This document shows, in pieces, positions 23,815 through 36,737 of a stretch of DNA of 64,000 bases. Source of the stretch: Amphiscolops sp. MND2022. Its lineage: Eukaryota. Numbering within the stretch: the first letter of the stretch is position 1; the number at the start of each line of letters is the position of its first letter. The notes beneath the pieces were generated by a model. It saw nothing but the letters and a program-made list of their open reading frames with translations. It did not search any database and was not told where the DNA came from. Made by a program: the position numbers and the translations under genes. The stretch is from the NCBI GenBank assembly GCA_964187785.1, contig OZ076421.1:35092001-35156000 (forward strand). The letters are read 5' to 3'.

Positions 23815-24947
23815 GTTAGCAAAACTTCATCCGAACTTTGACGTGTATTTCGAATTCTATTCCTGTCAAGAAAACGAAGGATATGCTTTTTAAATTGCCA
23901 TTTTGGACCCCTATATACAGATTTGAAACAGTTTTCAGATCTGTAGAGGCATGTTTAATTGTGTCTTTGATGATTCACAACATTGACTCAACAAAAACTC
24001 TAAACTATTTTCAACTTTACTTCCTGACTTTTCACTTTTGTTCAAACTCTTGATCATATTGGTGACTCAATAAATGAAATATAAGACGTTTCTTATATGT
24101 TTTGGCGCTCTTTCAACTTGACATTCAAAGCCAACCTTTTCGATGAAATTCTGATGCAACCTCAGAAGAAATTATTCTTTGGGTTTCTTTTCCGAGCTCT
24201 CTCTGGAAAACTTGGTTAGTCCATTCCAATTTTTCGTGGTTCCCAGCGCCAACAATTCATCTCCAGTACGAGGATTTTGCTTCCCACTCCAAAAATCAGC
24301 CTTTTCTGGAGTTTTTTCGCTTACTTCAAGCAGCAAACATCGTTATCGCATCAGTCAAAGGACAAAAATGGTTCTTCAACGAACAGAAGTTTTTTTTCGA
24401 ACGACAACAGAATTGACAATCCTTACAGCTACTCTCCACGTGTACTACAACCTAGCTAGCCACTTCAAAGTCTCCATACGCGAAAACTTTTTCAGCCTTT
24501 ACCTAGCTGCATTGAGTAGAGAGTAGGGAGTGGTTTTTTGAGGAATTTTTTCCTTAACACATATTAGGGTGATACAAGTGTAAAACGTCCTTTATTAACC
24601 TTCTCTAATTAGAGAACGAAAAGTAGCTATAAAAAAATTCTCGGAACGCACACCTCTGACTCAAAACGCCTTAGTCGTTTTTGTTAGATTTTTTCTCCAC
24701 ATTCCATTTCACGACTTTTTTCAAAGTAACGTCCAGTCCCGTCCAGATTCTTCAACTACCGTCCTGCAAAGGTAAGTAACAGACTGTTCGTTTCGTACGG
24801 TGCCCGTACAGACCCAAACCGTCGCTCGTTCGAAATTTCAACGCGGAACAGGAAAAAACTTTCATTTTGCTCTCCTTGAATTTCTTTTTTTTACGGTTCG
24901 CAGCGGTTCCCTTTCCGTAAGCTGTCTGACTTCTACTACGATCAACG

Positions 24948-27272
24948 ATGGTGAACCCGAAGATCGACACTCTCAAAAATCACTTCCGACTGCACGAGTG
25001 CAAGTTTGAGAATACTTCGAACTACCTTGCATCGAAGTTGACCTCGGACAACAACATCCAGCGCCTGCGTGAAATTCTTGCGCAGTTGCAAACTATCGCC
25101 GCCAAACTCGAAGAAATCTCCGAACAGATGTCTGCCTTCATGACGCTCGATGATTTGGAGCCATTTCTCCAGAAGTCAGCCGACTTCTCTTTAATTCTTA
25201 TACACTATGATGACAAAATCGACAATCTAACCCAGAGCGGCCCAAGTCGCTCTTCATCAACCTGTGCTCCCTTCGAGCGCCGATGCGAAGATTCACCTTC
25301 AGCACCCACCAATCCAGCCTCACAACAACAGCGGGATTTTGCAACCGCACCCAACAACACGACACGCCTGCCGCAGCTTTTCATCAACTCCGGACAACCT
25401 GTAACTCGCGCTACATCACAACCACAACTTCCCACGCATATCATGGACATGACGGGTCCCGAGCTGTCCCGCCACTTAGGAAGTTTGGATAACTCTCATG
25501 TTTCTACAACCGCTCATCAGGACCCTTCCTACACCGAAGACATGCAAAGAAACACCGAGTTGGATCCGGAATAACAGGACTTGGCCTCTGAAGCCATTCC
25601 TTCACAGATCTGTGAACCGCATTTGGACAACTCAGCCGTCACTCTCCCTATCCAGCGACAACCACCGCAGTTGGACAACTCAGTCGTCACTCTCCCTCAC
25701 CAACAGCAACCACTAAGTATTGCCTTTTATTTGCCACATCAGTCACCCTCAACAACTGCAACTAGCCGCTTAGTCTACACCACCAACTATCATCTACCAA
25801 CTTTCGACACGGTTTTGACAAACAGCGTCCGTCCATCATATCAGGTGGTCAATCCCCACTTTCCGTTACCCCACATGCAAAGCGCCAATCTTCAACATCT
25901 TCCACCTTCATCAGTTCCGCCTCCAGCTGAACCGCTAACACAATTTTTTCCGTCGTCCAATCACCAGACTTTTCTGCCTGTAACGCAACACATTGCCGCT
26001 CACCCTGACATTTGCTTTGCCACCAACACCGAATGGATAACACGGACTTTTCCTAACCCAGCCACCGAGTGTCCTCCAATGTTACAACCTCATTGTATCA
26101 ACCAGCCGATTCAGCAGTCAGTTGGATCAACCCCTACCGTACCAGTTGTTTCAACCCAACACCCGTTCGCCGCCTTTTGTATAAAACTGCCGCCTGTTCA
26201 GATTCCGAAATTCGATGGGGATCCTCTCGCCTTTTATAATTGGATCAACATTTTCAAAGCATATGTTCACGGAAACAGATCGATCTCACAAACTCACCGA
26301 ATCACTTACCTGCAAAACTCAGTTTCCGGAAAGGCGAAAGACCTCATCCGAGGTTACTCTTGTAACCCTGCTTTCTACAACGTCGCGCTAGCGGAACTTG
26401 AGTCTCGCTTCGGTTCACCGCAACACGTAACAGCCTACATTCGCTGTCTCGAATCATGGCAAAAAATGTCATCGCTAAACCTCGTATCGTTTTCCACATT
26501 TCTGAAACAGCTGATTCAAACCTTCCACAATTTCCATTTCACTGCTGATCTGCATTCCGCAACTGTACTTACCCTCGCCAAAGAAAAACTCCCGCACCAT
26601 TTGTTGCTCAAATGGACTGAACATACAGTTAGAAACAACATGTCAACACCTACTCTGCTCGATTTCCAACAATGGTTGGATATTCAAGCAAAGGTACTAG
26701 AAACACTCGAACCAGCTTGTGATAGATCCGTTGACAACGAACGTTCTTCGAGCACCACCGCACCAAAGACATCGAAAATCAAATCCCTTGCTTGCCCAAT
26801 CTGTGCTGCTCCGCACTTTGTCTACAAATGCCCCCAGTACACGTCCGCTTCCATGAACGAAAAACTTCAAAAGGTCAAAGACCTCAAGTTATGCTACAAT
26901 TGTTTGGACAACTCCCACTTGAAACCCGACTGCCCATCCAAAATTCGCTGTCAAGAACCCAACTGTGGTGCTTCTCACCACACCTCTCTCCACACTCAAC
27001 TCCGAAAAGACCTTCGCAATGTCAACGAAAAAAATCTCTCGACTTACAAAAAGTCAGTTTCTAGCAAATCCGATCTACAAAATAACGAACCCGATGCCGG
27101 AACGTCAACGCAATTTCAACATTTCAACGCTCCCAGAGTCAAAAATCCTCCCGACAACCGCAGTTTAACGCCGCCGCCATCGACAAATTTCCCAAAGATC
27201 TTTTTTCCGTTCTTCAAATTATCCCCGTTTCCATCATCAATGGAGACAAAACGTTTGATACATATGCCTTGA
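24948..27272 (+). pseudogene. BEL/Pao gag (DUF1759-type core plus three Cys/His fingers)
   Basis: KLPPVQIPKFDGDP, CPICAAPHFVYKC, CYNCLDNSHLKPDC and CQEPNCGASHHTSLH. One internal stop near 25574. Confidence 0.9.
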
Positions 27273-30200
27273 TTGATCCCGGTAGCACAGGAACGTACAT
27301 CGTAAACCATATCTCGAGTTTTCTCAGCTTGAAAACTGGCAAGGAATATAAACTAGATGTACAGTTTCTGAGCCTGTCTCGTTCCTTGTCAGTCTCTGTC
27401 ACATCATTTGACATTGCACCGTACGCCGACAATGACAACAAATTTCACGTACAACACGCTTTTTACACCTCATATATCAACCTTCCCCCTGCCGATACCT
27501 CCGAACTCAATGATATTTGTCAAAATTTCCCCGAGCTCTGTCACATAAAGTTCCCAGACATCAATCAGGGAAAAATTGGTGTCCTCCTCGGCACCGCTTG
27601 TGTCCCCTTCACTCATTCGTTAGAGTGGATTCGCGGAGCTCACAACTGTCCTTCCGGTATTCGAACGGAGCTCGGCTGGACAATTTCCGGCGAGTTCCGT
27701 CACTCCTCCCGAAAGAAATCTACCGCCACGAAGCACCTGCTTTTCTTTGCTTCCCATGAAACCTCGCCTCAATCAGCTTCCACCGACATTCTCGAATACT
27801 ACTGGAATGTTGAAAAAATAGCCACTGAACCAGCGCAAAAAGATGTTTTGTCTACACATGACAAAGAAGCCCTTCAGATACTTCAAGACACCTGCCGCCA
27901 CAATGGCGAAAGGTACGAAATAGGACTTCCTTGGAAGCGCGACACGCCACTACCGAACAATTAATTCGCCGCATTAAGTCAACTCCGCAGCCTTGAAAAA
28001 CGCTTCCGAGAACACCCGCAGAAGAAAGCCAAACTCGACGAAACCTTGCAGAAGGATCTCGAAAAAGGTTACGTGAAACAAGTCAAAATGCAACATCCGC
28101 CGCCTCCGCGAATTTGGTACCTCCCCACGCATCCCGTCGAGGATCCCAATAAACCTGGCAAAGTCCGCCGAGTAGCCAACGCAGCCTCGAAGTTCAAAGG
28201 AGTCTCGCTCAATAACGCTCTTCTAACCGGTCCAGACCTGTTAGCTAATTTGCTTGAAATCATTCTCCGTTTCCGCAAACATCTTGTCGGTGTCTTGGCC
28301 GACATCGAAGGTATGTTTATGCAAGTTGCCATCCGTGAAGAAGACCAGTCTGCGCTACGCTTCCTCTGGTTAGAAGATGGTATCATTCGCCAATATCAAT
28401 ATGCTCGCCTCATCTTTGGCGCCACGTGCTTCCCTTGCTGCGCCATATTCGCTCTACACCGTTGCGCTGCCGACCTCTCCGACCGCTCTCCCGACGTTTA
28501 TGAAGCAGTTTTAAACAACTTTTACATGGATGACTTCATAATGTCGTTTGCCACCGCTGAAGCCGCTCGCCGCCTCGCCTCGAATCTACGCACTGTTCTC
28601 CAACACGGAGGGTTCCGCCTTACCAAGTTCGTTTCGAATAATCCCGCCGCTCTTACTGCTCTTCCCGAAGAAGACATGGAAATCATTCAGAACACAACGA
28701 AAGTTCTCGGTCAGACTTGGTGTCATTCGAATGACACGTTCACAGCTTCAACGCCGAAAACAATCGACCCGCCGCAAACGCTTCGACAACTGTTCAGCAT
28801 GGTTTCCTCCATTTTCGATCCTATTGGATTGCTCGCTCCTTTCTTGATACAACTCAAAGTCATTCTCCAGAACCTCTGGAAGTGAGGACAAACATGGAAC
28901 CAGCCCGTTCCTGACGATCTCGAACCTCGCATCAACAAGTTGGCCACACAATACGCCACCATGCCTGACATCTCCGTACCGCGTCTAATATCACCTCTGC
29001 TCACCTCTGCAGAACTTCACGTTTTCACCGACGCTTCCATCTCCGCATTTTCCGCCGTTATCTACGCACGTCAACCGCCGTCTGACACCACTCCCGCTCG
29101 TCTCGTTTTCGTTCTTGGCAAGAGCCGTAGTAAGGCTCCATCAAGCAACGAAGTGTTCTAAAACTGGAACTCGAAGCCTCCGTTTTGGGAGTCCGTTTAC
29201 TCCGCACCGTTCTAAACGCTTTCGAATGTAACTTTCGCCAAGTTTTTTTTGGACCGATAGTTGCGTCGTGTTGGATTGGATCCAACACCAAAAGAATCTA
29301 AAACCATTCGTTGCTCATCGAGTGAGCAGAATCACTCAACACACAAAACCGAACCAGTGGAACTACGTTCCAACCGAATTGAACCCCGCTGATCACGGAA
29401 CTCGCGGTTTGAAACCCTCAGACATTTCCTCCAAATGGACAAAAGGACCCGATTTCCTTTTGAAGCCTGTAAAATATTGGCCTCAAGAATACCCGCAAAC
29501 CTCGATAGGTCAATCTGCACTGCAACCGTCGTCGTGTCGCAAACCGGCCTCGTTGATATTTCAAGATTTTCTTCTTGGAATCGTTTACTCAAAACAACCG
29601 CAATCGTCCGCTTCTTCATCCGCCGTCTCCGAGATCCGTCGTCGGCGCCAACTTTAACCGCTAATGATTTTCAACTAGCAACCGAAACACTTCTCCGTCA
29701 ATTGCAACTAGTGTCTTTTCCAGCCGTTCTTGGAAAACTTCTTCGAAAGAAATCATTGTCGTCCAAAGACAAACTCCTTCCTTTGAACCCTTTCATTGAC
29801 GAACGCCAAATTATACGCTCTTCCGGACGTCTACAATACGCACAGTTACCCGCAACTACGCGCATGCCCGTCGTCCTAGATGCCCAGTACGCAATAACCC
29901 GCCTCCTCATAGTACACTTTCACGAAATCTGCCACCACGCCGGTCCCGAATACGTCAAGTCATTTCTGCAACAACGTTATTTCATTTTTGGCGTCCGTGC
30001 CGCCCTGCGCACTATCAGTTATCGTTACTTCCAATGCCGCCGCTTTCGCGCCGAAAACGTCGAGCCAATGATGGCGCCCTTACCACGATGCCGATTTCCA
30101 TCCCCTGATACGCCATATCCGTTCGCCAACTCCGGAGTCGATGCGTTTGGACCATTCTTCATTGTCAACGGAAAACGAACTGAGAAACACTACAGCCTGA

Positions 30201-31012
30201 TCTTCACCTGCCTCGTCACCCGCGCCTGTCATTTGGAACCTTGTCCCGCCTTGACCACGGACTCCTTCATCAACGCCTTCCGACGCTTCATTGCCAGAAG
30301 AGGACAGCCGCAGTACATTCGTTCTGACAATGGAAACAATTTCGTTGGTGCCTGTCGTGAACTTCAGGAAGCCTTGAACGCAGGTATCCGCACAGCTCTG
30401 CAAACTCCTCCCCTAGCACCCGAGATGGAATGGCACCTCAACCCGCCGTTTGCGCCGCACTTTGGTGGGGCGTGGGAACGCCTTATCCAAACGGCCAAGA
30501 AAACTTTACTCTTCTTCCTAGGTTCCAGAAAACTGACTCTAGAACTGATTCACACAATCCTTGCCGAAACAGAACTCATGCTCAACTCACGACCTCTGAC
30601 CCATGTTGCAGACTACCCTGACAACGAAGAACCTCTGACTCCCAACCAGTTCCTTCTCCACAGACCCTATGCAAACCTGCCACCTGGAGTTTTCCAAGAT
30701 TCCAGTTATCAGCTCACGCAGAAGTCTTGGAAAGAAACCCAAAAACTCGTCAACCATATTTGGAAGAGACTGCTAACTGAATACATTCCCACACTGCACC
30801 ACCGGTCCAAGTGGAATCAACAACTACCACCAATTACTGTTGAACTTGTGTGGGTGCTTCGAGACATCACTCCTCGTGGGATTTGGCCTATTGGGAGAGT
30901 GGAAGCTGTTTTCCCTGTGCGAGATGGACAGACCCGAGTGTGTTCTGTAAAGACAGCTTACGGAACTTTCGAGGGCCCCGCCGTCTCTCTTTCCCGCGTT
31001 TTCGCCCCGTGA
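27269..31012 (+). pseudogene. BEL/Pao pol: protease, RT, RNase H, integrase, DUF5641-type C-terminus
   Basis: LIDPGST, WYLPTHPV, YMDD, LHVFTDAS, GVDAFGP, RSDNGNNF, GGAWERLI and IWKRLLTEYIPTL motifs. Confidence 0.93.
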
Positions 31013-31433
31013 CGGTTCGTTCGCCACGACTCATTTCCGGAGAGATTTTTCTCGGTCCGCTCTCGTCTCCCCTCTCTTCTCCCTGCAGCTTGGAGGGCTG
31101 GAGCATGTCAATGATGATTCACAATATTGACTCAACATTAACTCTAAACTATTTTTAACTTTACTTCCTGACTTTTCACTTTTGTTCAAATTCTTGATCA
31201 TTTTGGTGACTCAATAAATGAAATATAAGACGTTTCTTATAAATTGAGATAATCCTTTTTCATCTTCCAATAAACGCTTTCAAAAGACCCGGTTTTTGCT
31301 TGAGGACGCACTGTAGCATTATACAAAAATTTTATCACAGTGCCACTGAGCCTCTTGTTGAAACATTGAGCTAAAATAACGTTTTGCCTACCTCCGAGGG
31401 AACTACTCATTTATTGGTAACTTCCAAAACCAG

Positions 31434-32875
31434 CGCATTTTCCGCCGTTATCTACGCACGTCAACCGCCGTCTGACACCACTCCCGCTCGTCTCGTTTTC
31501 GTTCTTGGCAAGAGCCGTAGTAAGGCTCCATCAAGCAACGAAGTGTTCTAAAACTGGAACTCGAAGCCTCCGTTTTGGGAGTCCGTTTACTCCGCACCGT
31601 TCTAAACGCTTTCGAATGTAACTTTCGCCAAGTTTTTTTGGACCGATAGTTGTGTCGTGTTGGATTGGATCCAACACCAAAAGAATCTAAAACCATTCGT
31701 TGCTCACCGAGTGAGCAGAATCACTCAACACACAAAACCGAACCAGTGGAACTACATTCCAACCGAATTGAACCCCGCTGATCACGGAACTCGCGGTTTT
31801 GAAACCCTCAGACATTCCCTCCAAATGGACAAAAGGACCCGATTTCCTTTTGAAGCCTGTAAAATATTGGCCTCAAGAATGCCCGCAAACCTCGATAGGT
31901 CAATCTGCACTGCAACCGTCGTCGTGTCGCAAACCGGCCTCGTTGATATTTCAAGATTTTCTTCTTGGAATCGTTTACTCAAAACAACCGCAATCGTCCG
32001 CTTCTTCATCCGCCGTCTCCGAGATCCGTCGTCCGCGCCAACTTTAACCGCTAATGATTTTCAACTAGCAACCGAAACACTTCTCCGTCAATTGCAACTA
32101 GTGTCTTTTCCAGCCGTTCTTCCAAGAGTTTTCCAAGATTCCAGTTATCAGCTCACGCAGAAGTCTTGGAAAGAAACCCAAAAACTCGTCAACCATATTT
32201 GGAAGAGACTGCTAACTGAATACATTCCCACACTGCACCACCGGTCCAAGTGGAATCAACAACTACCACTAATTACTGTTGAACTTGTGTGGGTGCTTCG
32301 AGACTTCACTCCTCGTGGGATTTGGCCTATTGGGAGAGTGGAAGCTGTTTTCCCTGTGCGAGATGGACAGACCCGAGTGTGTTCTGTAAAGACAGCTTAC
32401 GGAACTTTCGAGGGCCCCGCCGTCTCTCTTTCCCGCGTTTTCGCCCCGTGACGGTTCGTTCGCCACGACTCATTTCCGGAGAGATTTTTCTCGGTCCGCT
32501 CTCGTCTCCCCTCTCTTCTCCCTGCAGCTTGGGGGGCTGGAGCATGTCAATGATGATTCACAACATTGACTCAACATTAACTCTAAACTATTTTCAACTT
32601 TACTTCCTGACTTTTCACTTTTGTTCAAACTCTTGATCATATTGGTGACTCAATAAATGAAATATAAGACGTTTCTTATAAATTGAGATAATCCTTTTTC
32701 ATCTTCCAATAAACGCTTTCAAAAGACCCGGTTTTTGCTTGAGGACGCACTGTAGCATTATACAAAAATTTTATCACAGTGCCACTGAGCCTCTTGTTGA
32801 AACATTGAGCTAAAATAACGTTTTGCCTACCTCCGAGGGAACTACTCATTTATTGGTAACTTCCAAAACCAGCGA
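31434..32875 (+). repeat. Tandem duplicate of the BEL 3' part (with internal deletion), third LTR (32545-32680) and 195 bp of flank
   Basis: 31434-32121 copies 29044-29731; 32122-32680 copies about 30683-31241; 32681-32875 copies 31242-31436. Confidence 0.95.
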
Positions 32876-33429
32876 TTTTCCACAGCCATTTTTAGACAAC
32901 AATCCAATTTTCGGAACAATCCGAGAAGCGTCTATTTAGAATAGATTTCCAAACACTACCTTGAACCATTTTCGGGAATCTCGGAATCAAATCGATCAAT
33001 AGCTAGCACTGAGACCTGGAGGTCTACTGAGCTACTTACGAGCACGGAGTTTCAAACTGAGGAAACTCGAAAAAATCGCAGTTTTGAACACTTTCGAAGG
33101 GCTTCCCCAGAAATTCGTGATACAATTTCTTGATGTGCTTTTGATCCCATGTAGCCTTAAAGATTGCTGATTATTTTCAGAGCTGCAATCCATAAGAACC
33201 CTTTCTTAAATGAAAGAAAGAAAAGAAAAGTTTGTTCGATTGGGATCATTACATTAAAAAAAAACACATGAAATGAAATGATAGAAACCAATGTGGACAG
33301 GAAAAGAGCCTATTGGCTCGTCAAAGTTCCTGCCCTGAAGAACAAATTCAAAATTTTTCGAAATGAGGTTTAACAACAATTTGCGCCCTTAAGAACAGCG
33401 CTTACGTTAAGGACTACTACCGAAAAAAA

Positions 33430-36350
33430 ACTTCAATATTAGCATAATTCCTTTTCAAAGTAACATGCAAAGAGATGCTTGTTATCGACAACATAGTTCG
33501 CGGTTATACTTGTGATGAGCTTTTTAACTTGATAGCTTGATAGTTTCCTCAAATCTGTTGGAATCAAGTCTGCTTCCATTAACCAATCATAAGTGAAGCG
33601 AAGTAAATTTTCTAAGGATCTCCTCTTTAAAACAGTCCGACTGTATTGCGTCGGCATCAATTTTTTCATATTCCATCGAGTTGTATGTTCCCACGTCATT
33701 GGCATCAAGCACTATGAACGATTTAGGTGCTTCTGACCTAAGCTGTCTGAAAAGCTCTTTGATGTTCTCGAGAACGAAAGTTCGAAAACTGTCAAAATTT
33801 CGTTCGTTTTGAGAAGATGATGTAGGGAATAAAATTTCTTCTTGAAAAACATTGCTCGTAAAATTCGTCGTTGGGCTTTTTCAAATTTCGACAAGTTGGT
33901 TTTGGCAGCAGAGCCGTATTTTAATAATCCATAACAAATTCTGGACTTTGCGAAGGAGTTATAAAACATCAGTAGAGACTTTTGTGTAAACATATGACGT
34001 ACGCGATATATCAGGCCACAGAACTTATTGAATTTTTTTCGACGTAATCAATAGGTTCTCTGAAGCACTAAGTTTTGTCCACGTAATCATCTAAATACTT
34101 GCACGCGTTCGAATAAGGAATTTTTTGTCTAAAATCAAAATTTCACTGGGATGACCGCGTCCGAATGCAACTGCTTCGCATTTATCTCTATTTATACTGA
34201 GTCTAACTTGACAAAACCACTGCCATAAATTGTCCATATCTGATTGAATTGAACACAAACCTTTGCGTTTTGAACTTAAAATTGTTGTATCATCTGCAAA
34301 CTTGGCCATGATACAATTTCCTATACACGAATGAATGTCATTAATATACAAAAGAAACAGAAATGGACCCAAGACGGAACCCTGGGGCACACCTGACACA
34401 ATTTTAGGCTTTTCCGTGCCAACACCATTTTGACTGATGTACTGCCTAGGGTCTGAAAGATAATCTCTCAAAATTTCGAAAATTTTCCCCCTAAAGCCAT
34501 AATCTTCCAACTTCTTCAATAAAATATGATGATCCAACGTATCAAAAGCTTTCTGCAAATCAATAAAGCAAGCTTGGCCTTGGGCTTTCTTATCTACTTC
34601 AGTACGAACGAATTCTGTTATTGCAGCGATAGCATCAGCACAAAACATGTTGTTTCTAAATCCATATTGCATGAGACAAATCAAGCCGTTTTTCTCAGTA
34701 AATCATATCATTCGATTAAGTAAGATTTTCTTAAACACTTTACTCAAAGAGCTTAGGAGGCTAATTGGACGATAAATTGCGGGATCTTTTTTGTCCCCTT
34801 TCTTAAACAATGGTACAACTTTGGCAATTTTGAAAATGTCTGGAAATACACCTTCATCTATGCATTTATTGAAGGCAAGTGCGAGATGACGTTCAATAAT
34901 GGGCGAGCAGCATTTCAAAATTCCACTACTGATCCCATCCGTACCACAACTTTTCTTGTTTTTCAATGCTTTGATGATACTTGCAACTTCGAACTCTCCA
35001 GTGGGTTCCATTAACAAAGTTTTGTCACAATTGAAGGACCCCGAAGAATACGCTGTTTGTGGCAGCCTAGATGATAGAACTGACCCATCATTTACAACAA
35101 ATTCATTCAGTTTTTCTAAATCAGGAAGTTCATTTGGTTGCTGATCATTGTTTTTCTGAGTTTTCAAGTCCTATAAATTGCTCGTGCAGTTGGATTTACG
35201 CTAAGTTTTCTGAAATTATCTTGTTTCTTAGCTTCACGAATCATTGATCAAACTTTGTTTCTAAATGACTTATAATCATCATGATTACTTTTTGTTGGCT
35301 TTCCAACCCAAATCTGGAAAAGTTTATTACGTTTAGTGATTGCATTTTTGATTTTACTATTAATCCATTGATTGGATGGCTCTTTACCAGAACTGACTCG
35401 CAGCGGTGCAAATTTATCTACACATTCACTGACTGACTTAACAATGGATTCCACATGATATTCAGCCGATGTTTTTTCGCCAATTTGCTTCAATTTTTGA
35501 TCTAATAAGAAAAGAAATTTCAATGCGTTGTCCTTTCAGATTTTTTGTTTCTAGTCATTGTCGGGTTCGAGACTGTTTTTCTATCGAAGGAATGTTCCTT
35601 GGTAAAATGCAGCTAAACAGTAAAACGATCACTAATGGTGGTCGGAAGAGTTTCAGTGCAAACTACATTTTGGGTTATCATGTGATCGATGCAACTCTTA
35701 GAAGTAGGCGTGACCCTTGTCGGTATTTTTTTGTATCTCAAAATCATAGGCTTCCAAGAGAGCCACCTACTTCTTCCCACCCAGATCATCTTTTAATGTG
35801 TCGATATTAAAGTCACAAAAAAGCAATGTTTCTCCAGGCAAACCCTTCAGGAAATACAATAAAGTCTCTAAATAACCAATGAAGTTGTTGATTTTATTAG
35901 TCTTTGGTCGATATATTGAACATATATTGTACAATGTTTTGTTTTCGATAGTTATCTTGATAATTAAACATTCTATATCAATTTTGAAGGACACAACTTG
36001 AAATGATAATCCATCTTTGACGTAAAAAGCTACACCACCCGATCGTCTCTTGGCATTTGGTCGTGCTTTGAATTCAATTGGTTGATAACCCACTATGTCC
36101 AAGTCAACTAGTGAGTGATCATCCGTCATCCAGGTTTCAGTAAGTGCCAGTACTTCAGGTTTTTTGTCCAAGATTTCTAGAAGGACACGAAGTTCATTTG
36201 TATGATAATCGAGAGATCTTATATGAAGACCTAAAACGGTAAATGTTTTTATTTTGCATTTTTCTGATTCGTCAATATTGTCTCAAAAGACGGATGTTCG
36301 GTCTCCTTTTGGGTTTTTCGGGTACTGTGGAAAAGAATACTTGACGCTTT
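33430..36350 (-). mobile_element. Non-LTR retrotransposon (CR1/L2-Jockey group), LINE copy 2, decayed
   Basis: HIRSL, LALTETW, SGGVAFY and IYRP (APE); YRPISLL, DLQKAFDTLDH, GVPQGSVLGPFLFLLYINDI and FADDT (RT). Confidence 0.9.
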
Positions 36351-36737
36351 GAAGTCTTTATGCTATTTATGAGCCTTAAGGGGGGCGCCGACTTACGCCG
36401 TTCCCGACTTGTTTTTTTAGTTGGCGCAATATATTTTTTCAAACCCCTCGAAGTGACGAGAATAATTCTACCAAATTTTTACAAGTCAAATATCACAAGC
36501 GAGTTGGCCTGGTGTTCAGAGCACGAAATTTCTATGCAGAAGCTTGTGAACAGTCGCCTTCACAACTATAAGGCAAAAGAAAGGATCTCTTTTAGATTAA
36601 CAAAACCGCAAGTATTGAATAAAATAAATTCTAAATCACGTCTATCAAATAAAGTTTAAATTATATCTGGGGAGTTTCATTATCTGTGCAGGTAAATTAT
36701 GTCGTCCACTGTTTTCTCAACATGATGAATGTAAGCT

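Larger units (their letters stand above)
23962..31241 (+). mobile_element. Full-length BEL/Pao LTR retrotransposon, 5-bp TSD AATTG
   Basis: 136-bp LTRs at 23962-24097 and 31106-31241. AATTG at 23957-23961 and 31242-31246. Purine-rich GGAGGGCTGGAGCA before the 3' LTR. Confidence 0.95.
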
